Part shown: one piece after another, positions 9,312 to 19,875 of the stretch
Layout of the letters: the number at the start of each line of letters is the position of its first letter
How positions within the stretch are numbered: position 1 is the stretch's first letter
Source: Candidatus Hydrogenedentota bacterium
GTDB lineage: Bacteria; Hydrogenedentota; Hydrogenedentia; Hydrogenedentales; SLHB01
Length of the DNA stretch: 30,470 nt
Reading direction: 5' to 3'
Assembly (NCBI GenBank): GCA_963745075.1
Contig: CAVUWV010000022.1
Span: forward strand, 1-30,470
The notes under the pieces: model-generated
Databases searched by the model: none
What the model saw: only the letters and a program-made list of their open reading frames with translations
Told to the model about the DNA's origin: nothing
Made by a program: the position numbers and the translations under genes

Positions 9312-10454
9312 TCATCCCATGTGACGATACAAAACTTTTCCCATAACGCGTAACATGGAAATAGGGAGCTTTTCGAGATATGGCTCACAGCGCTTGACCA
9401 TTCCTCTACCTGCACCGCGAAACTTGTGTTCTTCGACGTCGTAACAATAGTAATTCAGAAGCTCTTCATTCGCCCCCCAAGATTTCTTAAAACGAATTAG
9501 ACCATCCTGCTCGATGTCCGTTCTCCCGAAACACAGGCTATCGTACCCCGTCTCCGCCAATCGCTTGATCGCTTCCCACATCACGAGACTGTTTGCCCTG
9601 AGATGTTGGTACGCAAAATCCGAGCCACCGAATTTGTATACGGCCCTTTTTCCGTACGTCAGGTACACCGCCCCGGCAATTGGCCTGCCTTGTTGCGAAC
9701 ACAGGACGATAAAACCTTCACCTATTTTGAGAAAGTGTTTTTGTATGTTTTCAAAAAATGCATACGGCTGTGGCGGCAAACCGTATCTCTTTCGAGTTAG
9801 ACAGTGCAACCGGTAATACTGCTTCATTGCGGTCGCCGTACCTGAGGTTTCTACTTCGAGGTTTTCCTGAACGGCCCTCTTGATATTTCTTCGGTGGCTG
9901 CCAGTCATACCGTCCCAAAGTCGTTCTGTATCCGTTGCCAAGGTGAGCACATGCTTGTAGTACGAAGCCGATGGGTGGGAGGACCACGCAACTCCACCGC
10001 GCAATTCTATCGAACGCCAACCTCGTTCTTTCCCGATCACGGCTAAATTATCGAGAGATATAGCAGGCGCTGAGGGACCAACAAAGACGCCCGGGCAATG
10101 ATCGCTAAACGGAAGGGAGACAGCCCGATTGCCGGTTAGTACGCTTCGTACCTCCATCATCGGAAGCAGCGTCGTACTGCCGTGCGCTCCGTGGCCAACC
10201 AAGTAGTAGGGCCGGTAGCCATACGTATCGTGCAACACGCGGCCCCAAGACGTCGTGTGAAACACGTTCGCGTCATGCGATGCCGAAAGATAGCCGTCCC
10301 ACCTTGTCTGGCCCGACTCGGTGCATACGTCGAGTATCTCCAGGTCAACGGCAGAGGACGAGAAAGTCTCGCGCGCGTAATCCGGCCTCTCAATCGCGAC
10401 GTTCGCGCACCAATCTTGTATCGCTTCTGTTTTCCTGTCCATTGAATGGGACAT
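9312..10454 (-). CDS. FemAB/GNAT-fold (peptidoglycan bridge glycyltransferase-like) protein
   Basis: VFHTTSW, AVSLPFSDHC, RRNIKRA, YGLPPQP, ANSLVMWEAI, FGRTD...GLIRFKKSWG. Confidence 0.85.
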   Translation of the reverse strand: MSHSMDRKTEAIQDWCANVAIERPDYARETFSSSAVDLEILDVCTESGQTRWDGYLSASHDANVFHTTSWGRVLHDTYGYRPYYLVGHGAHGSTTLLPMMEVRSVLTGNRAVSLPFSDHCPGVFVGPSAPAISLDNLAVIGKERGWRSIELRGGVAWSSHPSASYYKHVLTLATDTERLWDGMTGSHRRNIKRAVQENLEVETSGTATAMKQYYRLHCLTRKRYGLPPQPYAFFENIQKHFLKIGEGFIVLCSQQGRPIAGAVYLTYGKRAVYKFGGSDFAYQHLRANSLVMWEAIKRLAETGYDSLCFGRTDIEQDGLIRFKKSWGANEELLNYYCYDVEEHKFRGAGRGMVKRCEPYLEKLPISMLRVMGKVLYRHMG

Positions 10455-10528
10455 GCTTACCGGCGCTACCTTTCGGGGGACAGACCTCGTTTATGAACAA
10501 TATGATCAGCCTTTCGATTCGTGTCGAA

Positions 10529-11881
10529 TCATGCCTTGACGATCTTCCCTCTTCCCTCCTCTACCCCTTCGGTAAAGTTGCGCGTGTCCACCACCAAAGG
10601 CGCATGTTTGACGATGAAAGAGGCGTCGTAACAACTATGTGCAGTCGCGATCAGAACGCAATCGGTTGCTTCCAGAGTGTCGGCCGTGATCTGCGTTGAT
10701 TCCATTTCAAGGTCATGGTGCCGTCCTGGGACTATTCGAGGCACATACGGGTCGTTGTAGATAACTTGAGCGCCGTGCCCGCTCAATAGTTCGATTAACG
10801 GAATCGTGGGTGATTCTCTCGTGTCGTCGATGTCTTTCTTATAGGCGGCGCCGAGCACCATGATGCGCGAACCCCTCATGGCCTTGCCTTGGGCATTGAG
10901 TGCTTCCATAGTGCGGGCTACGACGTATCGTGGCATTGCCGTGTTAATCTCGCCAGACAATTCCACGAAGCGAGTCGCGATACCATATTCTCGCGCCTTC
11001 CAAGTGAGATAGAAGGGGTCAACTGGGATACAGTGTCCCCCCAAACCCGGACCGGGATAAAACGGCATGAAACCGAAGGGTTTCGTCGAGGCGGCCTTGA
11101 TCACTTCCCAAACGTCGATGCCCATGCGATCGCAGAGCATTTTCAATTCGTTCACCAGCGCAATATTTACGCTTCGAAAGATATTCTCCAGGAGCTTTGT
11201 CATTTCCGCCACGGCAGGGGAGCGGACGGGGACAACCGTTTGAAATATGCTTCGATAATATTTGGAGGCTAATTCCGCACATTTCGGGGTAACGCCACCA
11301 ACGATTTTCGGAATATTCTGAATGTTAAATTTTCCGTTCCCCGGGATCCTCCCGCTCTGGAGAAAACGCCAAATAGATGTCATGCCCTACAAGTAATCCG
11401 GACTTTTCAAGACACGGCTGGACAAGTTCCTCTGTCGTCCCGGGGTAGGTGGTGCTTTCCAGGATAATCAGTTGTCCGGGGCGGAGACACTGTCTGAGCT
11501 GGTCACTGGTCCTCTCGATATACTCGAGGTTAGGTTCTCGGTTCTTGTTCAGCGGAGTGGGCACGCAAATACTGATGCAATCCGCTTCACGAAGCAGACT
11601 GAAATCGGATGTTACGCGGAAGTCGCCCCGTCTGGTCACGTCCGCAATCCAATCCGACGCGATATGCTTGATGTAACTCCTGCCGGACCGGAGTTGGTCT
11701 ACCTTGCTGTCATCCACGTCAAAACCAATCACCCGAAATCCAACATTGCAGAGGTGCTGAACTAAGGGAAGCCCAACGTAGCCCAAGCCGATAACGGCGG
11801 CGATCGCTGTTCGATTGTCGATTTTTCGTGACTAAATGCATCCGTATTCGCGGCCGCCCGGTCCATAATGGTTACTGTCAT
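10529..11881 (-). CDS. Nucleotide-sugar dehydrogenase (UDP-GlcNAc/GalNAc 6-dehydrogenase, WbpA/WecC-like); two homopolymer frameshifts as sequenced
   Basis: GGAGG-N8-ATG at 11881; frameshift around the A5 run 11822-11826; GLGYVG, CVPTP, ESTTYPGTT, SPER; extra G in G4 at 11339-11342; KLLEN, GGHCIPVDP, YKKDIDDTRESP. Confidence 0.92.
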
Positions 11882-11899
11882 CGTCTCACCCTCCATTTC

Positions 11900-13021
11900 T
11901 CAGCCAACACCACAAGCGACCAGGTTTCGCAGTACGTGACAAACGAGTTCGATTTGAGCATCAGTCAACTCCGCGTACATGGGCAAGGACAGCAACTGCC
12001 GAGCACATCTTTCGGCTACTGGGAAACTTCCCGGTCCGTACCCTAAGCCCTGGTAAGCGTCCTGGAGGTGTATGGGAACCGGGTAGTGTATTCCGCAAAT
12101 AACACCTCTTTCCTTCAGTTCAGCGATCACCTCATCTCTGCTGGTTTCTGTAAGCCGCACAACAAAGACATGATAAACAGGCCGACCGTAAGGCTCTTCC
12201 ACCGGAAGGACAATCCCGTCGATTCCTTCCAATAGCTCCCGGTATCGCGAGGCGTGCGAACGCCGCGATTCCGTCCACATCGGCAGGTACTTCAATTTCT
12301 TTCGGAGAACTGCGCCCTGAAAACCATCCATCCGTGCGTTCCAACCGATAATCGAATGGTAGTACTTCCTTCGCTGACCATGGTCCCGGAACGTCCGCAA
12401 GCACTCGGCCAGCCCCTTATCATTTGTCACGATTGCACCCGCTTCGCCACATGCGCCCAGGTTCTTTCCCGGGTAGAAGCTGAAACACCCTGCATCTCCT
12501 ATCGAACCGGCCGGTCGCTCCTTGTACTCAGCGCCGTGCGCCTGACACGCATCCTCAATTACGGAAATTCCAGCCGCCCGTGCAATCGCCATGATCGGGT
12601 CCATGCAGCACATTTGACCGTATAGGTGCACCGGAATAATAGCCTTGGTTTGAGACGTGATTGCCGCCCGAAGTAGACGCGGATCCATGGTGTAGTTTCT
12701 CTCATCGATATCCACGAATACCGGCCGTGCTCCACACGCCGAAATCGCCTCCGCAGTAGCGATGAAAGTGTTCGGCACTGTAATGACTTCGTCGCCGGGG
12801 CCGATTCCCGAGCATTGCAGCGCCATCCATAGCGCAACGGTTCCACTTCCGACGCCGACGGCGTCATGACAACCGCAAAAAGAGGCGAAATCCCGTTCAA
12901 ATTCTTCGACAAACGGTCCACCAGCGAACGCACAAGTATCGAGTACATCATCGATGGTATTTCGTATTTCCTCCCGCATGAATTGATGCTGCGCCTTCAG
13001 ATCAAGAAACGGTACTTGCAT
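11900..13021 (-). CDS. DegT/DnrJ/EryC1/StrS PLP-dependent sugar aminotransferase (WbpE-like)
   Basis: VPFLDLKAQ, PVHLYGQ, EDACQAHGA, SFYPGKNLGACGEAG. Start reset to MQVPF using GGAGG-N8-ATG. Confidence 0.93.
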   Translation of the reverse strand: MQVPFLDLKAQHQFMREEIRNTIDDVLDTCAFAGGPFVEEFERDFASFCGCHDAVGVGSGTVALWMALQCSGIGPGDEVITVPNTFIATAEAISACGARPVFVDIDERNYTMDPRLLRAAITSQTKAIIPVHLYGQMCCMDPIMAIARAAGISVIEDACQAHGAEYKERPAGSIGDAGCFSFYPGKNLGACGEAGAIVTNDKGLAECLRTFRDHGQRRKYYHSIIGWNARMDGFQGAVLRKKLKYLPMWTESRRSHASRYRELLEGIDGIVLPVEEPYGRPVYHVFVVRLTETSRDEVIAELKERGVICGIHYPVPIHLQDAYQGLGYGPGSFPVAERCARQLLSLPMYAELTDAQIELVCHVLRNLVACGVG

Positions 13022-13110
13022 TTGCATCCCCTCCCGACCCCTTCTTCCATCCATTCTCAGCCGTGCCAACAAGAAGTCGCCCCCTCTCGAACAACGCGAC
13101 ACCGATGTCC

Positions 13111-13608
13111 TTATAACGCGCGCAGCACACGAGCCGGATTACCAATCACAATCACATTCGGTGGAACGTCTTTCGCTACGACGCTTCCCGCACCGATAAT
13201 CGCGTTTTCGCCGATCGTTACACCGCATAAAATCGTTGCGCCGGAACCGATGGACGCCCCACGTTTTACCGTCGTGGATACACAGGGCCACTCGCCATCC
13301 GTCTGCAACTGCCCATTCCCGTCCGTTGCTCGCGGGTATCGGTCATTGATAAAGGTCACGCCGTGACCGACAAAAACATCGTCTTCAACGGCGACGCCCT
13401 CACAGATGAAACTATGGCTGGAGATTTTGCAATTACAGCCGATCTTCGCGTTCTTCTGAATCTCGACAAACGTTCCAATCTTTGTGTTGTCGCCGATTTC
13501 GCAGCCGTATAGATTCACGAATGCGTAGATTTGCACGTTCTCTCCGAGCAGGACATCTGGAGCGACCCGCCTCGTGTCAAAACTCTCTAGCTCTGTATGC
13601 ATCGTCAT
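13111..13608 (-). CDS. Hexapeptide-repeat acyltransferase (WbpD/WlbB-like)
   Basis: NLYGCEIGDNTKIGTFVEIQK, FINDRYPRA, GASIGSGATIL, GNPARV. ATG 13608 overlaps the upstream TGA (ATGA). Confidence 0.9.
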   Translation of the reverse strand: MTMHTELESFDTRRVAPDVLLGENVQIYAFVNLYGCEIGDNTKIGTFVEIQKNAKIGCNCKISSHSFICEGVAVEDDVFVGHGVTFINDRYPRATDGNGQLQTDGEWPCVSTTVKRGASIGSGATILCGVTIGENAIIGAGSVVAKDVPPNVIVIGNPARVLRAL

Positions 13609-14381
13609 ACCCGTCGAGGCTCCTCTCTCTTCAAGTGTCCCGTGCATTCTGCTGTTTCCGAAATATTGGTCATCGCCGCGAAACAATAACCGCACCTTCC
13701 CAAATCGCGGAGAATTCGTTCCAGCGCATTAACGACTACAGGCATACCGTTTTCGACGTCCACTTTCGATGTACCATCGTGGAGGAGAACGACCGCGCCC
13801 GGAGTAATTCTCCGAACAACTTCCTCACCGACCAAATTGCCACTTTTCGATTGAAAGTCTTTGGGATCAATGCTCCAAAAAATGACCGTGCGACGCGTTA
13901 GCCACACATAAAGCAAACTTACCAGGTTCATCTTTCCGTACGGTGGACGAAACAGCCTCATTTCCTCATTGACACCGAACTGATCCAGCACTCGCGAGCA
14001 CTTCCACAAATCTAGAAAGTACCGCACCGGATCGGTCTTCCATGCGTGAAGGTGCGCAAAAGAGTGTTCCCCCACTGCATGGCCTTCGGCAATCAATCTT
14101 CGAACAATATCCGGACTTTCCTTAATCTTCTCACCGACTAAGAAAAATGTCGCTTTTGCGTGGTAGTCCTCTAACATATCAAAGATTTTTGGCGTAATGT
14201 GAGCATTTGGCCCATCGTCAAACGTGAGAAACACAACCCTTCTCGTGGCTGACTTCTTGATGAAGCGCTTGCGCATGACCGACTTTACAAGCGCCGGAAG
14301 GAGTATGTATATCGCTCCCGCGCATGCCAGCCCGGCAAGTATTAGACTAAAAGAAAGCAGGAACACGTGCTCGTACCTCAT
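13605..14381 (-). CDS. Membrane-anchored polysaccharide deacetylase (NodB/CE4)
   Basis: N-terminal hydrophobic helix; TFDDGP, HSFAH, FRPPYG, WSIDPKD, LLHDG. Start chosen at ATG 14381, 10 nt after the upstream stop. Confidence 0.9.
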   Translation of the reverse strand: MRYEHVFLLSFSLILAGLACAGAIYILLPALVKSVMRKRFIKKSATRRVVFLTFDDGPNAHITPKIFDMLEDYHAKATFFLVGEKIKESPDIVRRLIAEGHAVGEHSFAHLHAWKTDPVRYFLDLWKCSRVLDQFGVNEEMRLFRPPYGKMNLVSLLYVWLTRRTVIFWSIDPKDFQSKSGNLVGEEVVRRITPGAVVLLHDGTSKVDVENGMPVVVNALERILRDLGRCGYCFAAMTNISETAECTGHLKREEPRRV

Positions 14382-14391
14382 CCAAATGTAT

Positions 14392-15345
14392 TCATCCAGC
14401 TTTGTCGACCGTCGTCGACGATCCACATCGTACGCCGGGAATCGTGCAGCGTTTGCCAATTACATTTGGCCAGCGAAGCATTTTGGACAATTGTTCTCGC
14501 CGAAGGTAGGCACGTACCTCGGTCGGCGTTCCTCCGTCTTCACCTCGAAAAAGGGCATCGAAATACCCCAGCGCCATCCAACAGCTACCCAATACAAATG
14601 GCCTATATGACGTACGACGAAGTATCTTAAGAACCTCATAGGCGGGATGATATCCGAGACAGTAATCTCGGCGCCCTTCCCTAGCGCGAGCTGCGAGAAT
14701 CCCCCCACCCAACGCGGTTGAGCTACGCCGATAGTGGCAAACCTCCAATTCCTTCAGTTCTCTCGTCTCCCAACCAAGCATACGAGCCCGAGTATTAACA
14801 ATTGTATCAACCCCGCCCCACTTCAACGGCGAGTACCCGCCTATTTCCTCGAAACACTCCTTCCGGAAAAGCTGCACGGCACCAGCGACACTGTTCGCGC
14901 GACTGCCAGGCCTAGGCCAATAACGACCGTGCGCTCCCAATTCGCATATAACGCCTCCCGCAATTCCCAATTTCGAATTTAGCGAAAACTCCCGCAAGAC
15001 CCTTTCGAAATAGTCCGGTTCAAAGGAGACATCACCGTCCAAGTTGCCAATTAAGCGATATGACACCCCCCCAAGCCTCCGCAGACCACAATTGAACGCA
15101 TGAATCTTCGAGCCGAAATCCCGCGCTGCACCTACCTTGCGCCGCACAAGATGTATGAAATCGAATTTCTCCACATAACTTTCGACGATATCATCCATCC
15201 CATCAGTCGAGCCGTCGCTGACAATCACCCACTTTACCGGCCACACCGTCTGCTCAACAACCGATTTCAGGGTGAGCTCAATATATTTAGATTCATTCCT
15301 CGCCGGAGTGATAAGCGCATACCCCGGACCTCGTATGTCCTCCAT
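14392..15345 (-). CDS. Glycosyltransferase family 2
   Basis: ITPARNE, VSDGSTD, NLDGD, FRKECFEEIGG, GGVD. AGGAG upstream of ATG 15345. Confidence 0.9.
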   Translation of the reverse strand: MEDIRGPGYALITPARNESKYIELTLKSVVEQTVWPVKWVIVSDGSTDGMDDIVESYVEKFDFIHLVRRKVGAARDFGSKIHAFNCGLRRLGGVSYRLIGNLDGDVSFEPDYFERVLREFSLNSKLGIAGGVICELGAHGRYWPRPGSRANSVAGAVQLFRKECFEEIGGYSPLKWGGVDTIVNTRARMLGWETRELKELEVCHYRRSSTALGGGILAARAREGRRDYCLGYHPAYEVLKILRRTSYRPFVLGSCWMALGYFDALFRGEDGGTPTEVRAYLRREQLSKMLRWPNVIGKRCTIPGVRCGSSTTVDKAG

Positions 15346-15422
15346 AAACACTCTCTCCTGATCATCTCGCCCAAGAGTATTGTCATGCGACCGCTTTTTC
15401 GTCGACAAACAATCCCTTTCCA

Positions 15423-17336
15423 TTACGCGCATTTTATGGCTGATTCCTGGGCATTATTTGAATCAAAATGTTCCCTAAACCACAGTTCCAATACTGTCAA
15501 CTGCCAAAGCCGGTAACTCTTGGCCGAATATGGTTCAAAGCAGCCGGCGCTTAATGCGTCATCAATAAGTGAACCGAGGTACTTTTGATCAAAGAAGGCT
15601 CTACCTCTCAAACCATTTTCGGAAAGACAATCCATTACCGTATCCCTCATGGGCTGTTTTCCCATCCATATGCTTAACGGGAAACAAAATCCCCTCTTCC
15701 TAGAACCTAGTACGTGTTTCGGCAAGATATCCTCGATACAACCTGTCAATATGGACTTGTGTCCACCTTGCCTTAACCGGTCCTTCTCCGGTAATCGTGC
15801 AACATATTCAACAAGCCTGTGATCCAACAAGGGAACCCTCACTTCAAGAGAATGAGCCATGCTCGCGGCGTCACAATCACGAAGCAGAGTGTTTCGCAAG
15901 TAAATTGAAAAGTCGAAATATCCCGCCTTATCGAGAGGAGACAGACCATTCAGATTCACTCCGTCCCGTCTACTCATTCTCTCTAAATTGAGCACTTTTC
16001 GAGCCGTTTCCCGCGTGTTTACGCCTCTTAAAGTCAGATATAGTTCCGCTAGGTCAGGCCATCCGAAGAGCGCGCCAATACCGATCTGGACCGACTTTCG
16101 ATCAAATAGATCTGGGACGCCCCGCCAAAGAAGCTGTCGAATTCCATTATTAAGATTTTCCGGCAGGAGCGGGAGATTTCTCCTCAATCTCAAAAGCCTG
16201 TAGAATCGCCGCGTCCATCCATACCCGGAGAACACTTCATCTCCGCCTAGCCCCGACAACGCTACAGTAACCTTCTCTCTTGCTATCTTTGATACCAGAT
16301 ATGTATTCAATCCGTCGGTTGATGGCTGATCAATATGCTTCATGAACTTTCCCAAGGAACCAAACACATCGTCGTTCGTCAAGATTGTCTCATGATGCCT
16401 ACTACCTATCGCATTTGCTGTCATTTGAGCAATACTAGTCTCATTGAACCTATCCCCGCCGATGTTAAACCCCAGAGAAAACGTATCGATACCATCGCGC
16501 CTGCGATTTGCCAGTGACAACACCGCGGTTGAGTCAATACCTCCGGAAAGGAAAACACCGACCGGAACGTCGCTAAGAAGTCTATAGTCTATAGAAGATT
16601 CAAGTATCTCCCTAACATCCTCGCGGATTTGCTTCGCTTCCCGCCCTACCTTCTCCTGCTCTGGCACAAACGGCAAATTCCACCATTTCTCAATTGACAA
16701 CTTCCGATCTTCTAATACCATTAAATGCCCCGGCAGAAGGGACTTAATCTCGTCAAATATGGTGTTTGGAGCCAGCACTGAGCCACAAACCAAATAGTCT
16801 TCCAAGGCGATTGAATCAATAGCCCACCGACCCGGAATCGACGTTGTTATCGCACGCACTTCAGAGGATACAATTAATCTTCTACCGTTCCAGGAGTAGT
16901 AAAGCGGCTTAATTCCAAGTCGATCTCTTGCGCAGAAGATGGTCCTATTTCTTTCATCCCAAATGACGAAGGAGAACATTCCATTTAACTTATCTAGACA
17001 CTCTCGGCCTAACTCTTGATATAGATACAACAAAACCTCTGTATCACCTGTCGTCTCAAAGCGGTAACCGCGACCTTTAAGGAATTGTCTCAATTCTCGA
17101 AAATTATAAATCTCCCCATTAAAGGCCACCCAAAGACCACACTCGGTAGAACCCATAGGCTGGTTAGCACCATCCGAAAGATCCAAGATCTTCAGCCTCG
17201 CATGGCCGAGATAAACGTCATCACTCACATAGCTACCAGCACTATCCGGCCCACGATGTCTAAGAGCCCCAAGCCCCCGCTCTCCCCTTACAATTCTCTC
17301 CGGGCCTTCACTTGCATATAAGAAAATGCCGCACAT
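15423..17336 (-). CDS. asnB: Asparagine synthase (glutamine-hydrolysing) family amidotransferase
   Basis: N-terminal MCGI, HRGPD, NGEIYN, RDRLGIKPLYY, LSGGIDS, LSGLGGDE, SMAHSLEVRVP. Confidence 0.95.
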   Translation of the reverse strand: MCGIFLYASEGPERIVRGERGLGALRHRGPDSAGSYVSDDVYLGHARLKILDLSDGANQPMGSTECGLWVAFNGEIYNFRELRQFLKGRGYRFETTGDTEVLLYLYQELGRECLDKLNGMFSFVIWDERNRTIFCARDRLGIKPLYYSWNGRRLIVSSEVRAITTSIPGRWAIDSIALEDYLVCGSVLAPNTIFDEIKSLLPGHLMVLEDRKLSIEKWWNLPFVPEQEKVGREAKQIREDVREILESSIDYRLLSDVPVGVFLSGGIDSTAVLSLANRRRDGIDTFSLGFNIGGDRFNETSIAQMTANAIGSRHHETILTNDDVFGSLGKFMKHIDQPSTDGLNTYLVSKIAREKVTVALSGLGGDEVFSGYGWTRRFYRLLRLRRNLPLLPENLNNGIRQLLWRGVPDLFDRKSVQIGIGALFGWPDLAELYLTLRGVNTRETARKVLNLERMSRRDGVNLNGLSPLDKAGYFDFSIYLRNTLLRDCDAASMAHSLEVRVPLLDHRLVEYVARLPEKDRLRQGGHKSILTGCIEDILPKHVLGSRKRGFCFPLSIWMGKQPMRDTVMDCLSENGLRGRAFFDQKYLGSLIDDALSAGCFEPYSAKSYRLWQLTVLELWFREHFDSNNAQESAIKCA

Positions 17337-17445
17337 AGTTCTACCTTAATTCCTTGTTCTTATCTTTTGTAAACTATATACCTCAAAATCATCTCCACCT
17401 GGCCTACCTAACTCCGTCCAACAACCCACGAAAGCGGCATCGATC

Positions 17446-18432
17446 TCACAAGGCCAAACGTCCCAACAAGCTCTCACCTCTTGTCGTCTGACGAAACAAT
17501 CGAAGCGTAAAGAGCGCGATCAAACAGGCCCAACTTCGCCGGACCTTAATAGTCAAAATGCCCCTATCTCTCCACTTCAGTAGTATTAGCGGTGTCCACA
17601 CCGCGATCCTAACTATTTGATGCAAAGCAACAATAACTGCGTGGCAGCATTGGTAGTGTATCCCCACGTGCTTTCCCCAGTACTGTAACCAAGCTCGTTG
17701 CATTTCAATATAAAAGCGCACCGGCGCGTTCTCCGAACTGCCCCCCCCGTAGTGGGTTGCTTCCGCCGCCGGGACCAACATTACAGACCATCCATGATCC
17801 CAGAACCGCCTGCACCAATCCATATCTTCACCGTACATAAAGAACCGATCATCTAAAGGTCCCACATCTATGAACACCTTTCGCCGGACAAACCAAAAGC
17901 ACCCACTAGCTATATCAATCGCAATCTCCCCGAAGTTCTCCCCGACAAACGCGGTACTTCTCCCTCTCGAACCATTCCAACCTACTTGGCCCCCGGTAAA
18001 TCCGAATGCTTCGAAAAGCACCTCCCTTAGTGTCGGGAACTTTCGCCAGCTCGTCTGAACGGACCCGTCCTTGTTCCTTATCAAAGGAGCAGCCATCCCG
18101 ACATCCGGATGAGAGTTCATGAATTCCAGAAGCTGACTTACACATCCTTCATGGACGCGGACATCTGAATTTAGTAAACATAGGTACTCCCCAGCTGCCA
18201 ATCTCAAACCAACGTTATTCCCAGTGGCAAAACCAAAGTTACTTCCGAGTTGAACAACTCTCACCTCCGGGAACAGGCGCGCGACGGCAGCCGGACTCCC
18301 ATCAGTAGATCCATTGTCCACGACTATTATCTCTCTTTCACAGACACAAGCCGTCTTCAAAATCGATTGTATGCAATCAACCAAATAGGCCTTGGCGTTC
18401 CAGCTGACAATTATAAAGGATATCTTCACCAC
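17446..18432 (-). CDS. Glycosyltransferase family 2
   Basis: IIVSWN, VVDNGSTDGS, NFGFATGNN, LLNSD, FFMYGEDMDWC; GTG start with GGAGG upstream. Confidence 0.92.
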   Translation of the reverse strand: MVKISFIIVSWNAKAYLVDCIQSILKTACVCEREIIVVDNGSTDGSPAAVARLFPEVRVVQLGSNFGFATGNNVGLRLAAGEYLCLLNSDVRVHEGCVSQLLEFMNSHPDVGMAAPLIRNKDGSVQTSWRKFPTLREVLFEAFGFTGGQVGWNGSRGRSTAFVGENFGEIAIDIASGCFWFVRRKVFIDVGPLDDRFFMYGEDMDWCRRFWDHGWSVMLVPAAEATHYGGGSSENAPVRFYIEMQRAWLQYWGKHVGIHYQCCHAVIVALHQIVRIAVWTPLILLKWRDRGILTIKVRRSWACLIALFTLRLFRQTTRGESLLGRLAL

Positions 18433-18521
18433 CCCGCGTCCTCCGTAAAACCACTAGAATTCTCTTCCACGTCACCCCTCTCCCGGCTAACTAACCCGCC
18501 GCGCGGCCCGCCTGGCTACGC

Positions 18522-19862
18522 TTAAGCTCGTTCTAAGGACAAACCGTGACACTCTGTTACATCCCCTCCTATTTCTTCATCCTTCACACCCTCCAAAACT
18601 GTCGGCAAAGATCCAACCAGACCCACAAGAATATACAAAAGCTGCAACATACTCCCCACAGTAGACACAGTCATCAAAGCCACCTGCCACCCCACGAGGG
18701 ATGCGGCAAGACACCAAACCGACCACCGATCGTCCGCCCGTGTGGCCTTGCGAAATGCCCTTCGTAACGAACCAAAATATGCGACGTTTAACATTAGAAA
18801 AGGTAACGTGCCGACCAGCCCGCTTCCCGCAAGGTGGTCAATGTAAAGATTAACTAAGTCTTGATGCACCCAATGAAATGCCGTATTATCGTTACCTGGA
18901 CCTATCCCAACATATCCGAACCCAGTAAACCAGTGACCCGACATCCCCCCGCCAAAGGCTTCCTTAAAAAGTCCAATACGATAACTAGCCGTTGCGTCAT
19001 CCATAGCGAATCGCGTAAACACCTCATAAAAATGACGATGACTATATAGTTCCAAAGACAAGCAGACAACAACTATACTTATATACAAAACCGGCGCATA
19101 ACGCCGAAACGGGAAGAACAACAACAAACCCAAACTTACCGATACAGAAAAGAGTGGCGCGCTAGACATTGAGGAAAGAACACCAACAAACATAAAACCG
19201 AAAAAGATCATTGCTCGCACTACACCGCTTCTTTTGGGAAAGAACCCACACGACAACGGGACTAAGGCCGCGAAGAACATCCCGAATGCAAGATAATTGC
19301 CGAACGTAACGTCAGCCCGATAAAACCCAAATCGACTCAACTCGCGTTGCTCGGTCTCCATCCATGCGTGGTACGCCTTAGTAAAACCAAAGGGATTTAC
19401 CCCCGTTATAGCCTCATAGGCTCCCATTGCCGCTAGTGGCGTCGCAATGATAACAAGCGCCCGACCAAACGCGGCCATATCCCTTCTAGTTGTCACCGTT
19501 ACTCGAACTGCAAAGTATACAAACACAGAATCTAAGCACGCCCCCCCCTCCCTCACTATTACTTCTCCGACGGGCGCGTGAAAGATCAAAGCAACAAACT
19601 TTGCAACAAAGACAACACAAACCAAGCGGTCGACAACGTTTACTTCAAGGTCCCGAAAGAGGTTCGTTCGAGAGAGAATTCTCCCATAGAGCACCAAAAG
19701 AACAATTCTTCCCGTAGTGAAGTCAATAGTGCCCAGCTTCACCGTTAGAAACTGCGGATACAAGTATGTAACCGCTACGTAAACTGCAAGACCATACACC
19801 GGTCTTGCAACTAAGACCGCAAACGAAGCTACTATTGCCAAGAATGTAGTTACACCCGTCAT
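18522..19862 (-). CDS. Wzy polymerase / O-antigen ligase family membrane protein
   Basis: Many hydrophobic segments; RADVTFGNYLAFG, SMSSAP, SYRIGL, GFG, DLVNLYI...GLVG; position in a Wzx/Wza locus. Confidence 0.75.
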   Translation of the reverse strand: MTGVTTFLAIVASFAVLVARPVYGLAVYVAVTYLYPQFLTVKLGTIDFTTGRIVLLVLYGRILSRTNLFRDLEVNVVDRLVCVVFVAKFVALIFHAPVGEVIVREGGACLDSVFVYFAVRVTVTTRRDMAAFGRALVIIATPLAAMGAYEAITGVNPFGFTKAYHAWMETEQRELSRFGFYRADVTFGNYLAFGMFFAALVPLSCGFFPKRSGVVRAMIFFGFMFVGVLSSMSSAPLFSVSVSLGLLLFFPFRRYAPVLYISIVVVCLSLELYSHRHFYEVFTRFAMDDATASYRIGLFKEAFGGGMSGHWFTGFGYVGIGPGNDNTAFHWVHQDLVNLYIDHLAGSGLVGTLPFLMLNVAYFGSLRRAFRKATRADDRWSVWCLAASLVGWQVALMTVSTVGSMLQLLYILVGLVGSLPTVLEGVKDEEIGGDVTECHGLSLERA

Positions 19863-19875
19863 AATTCGGCTTTTA

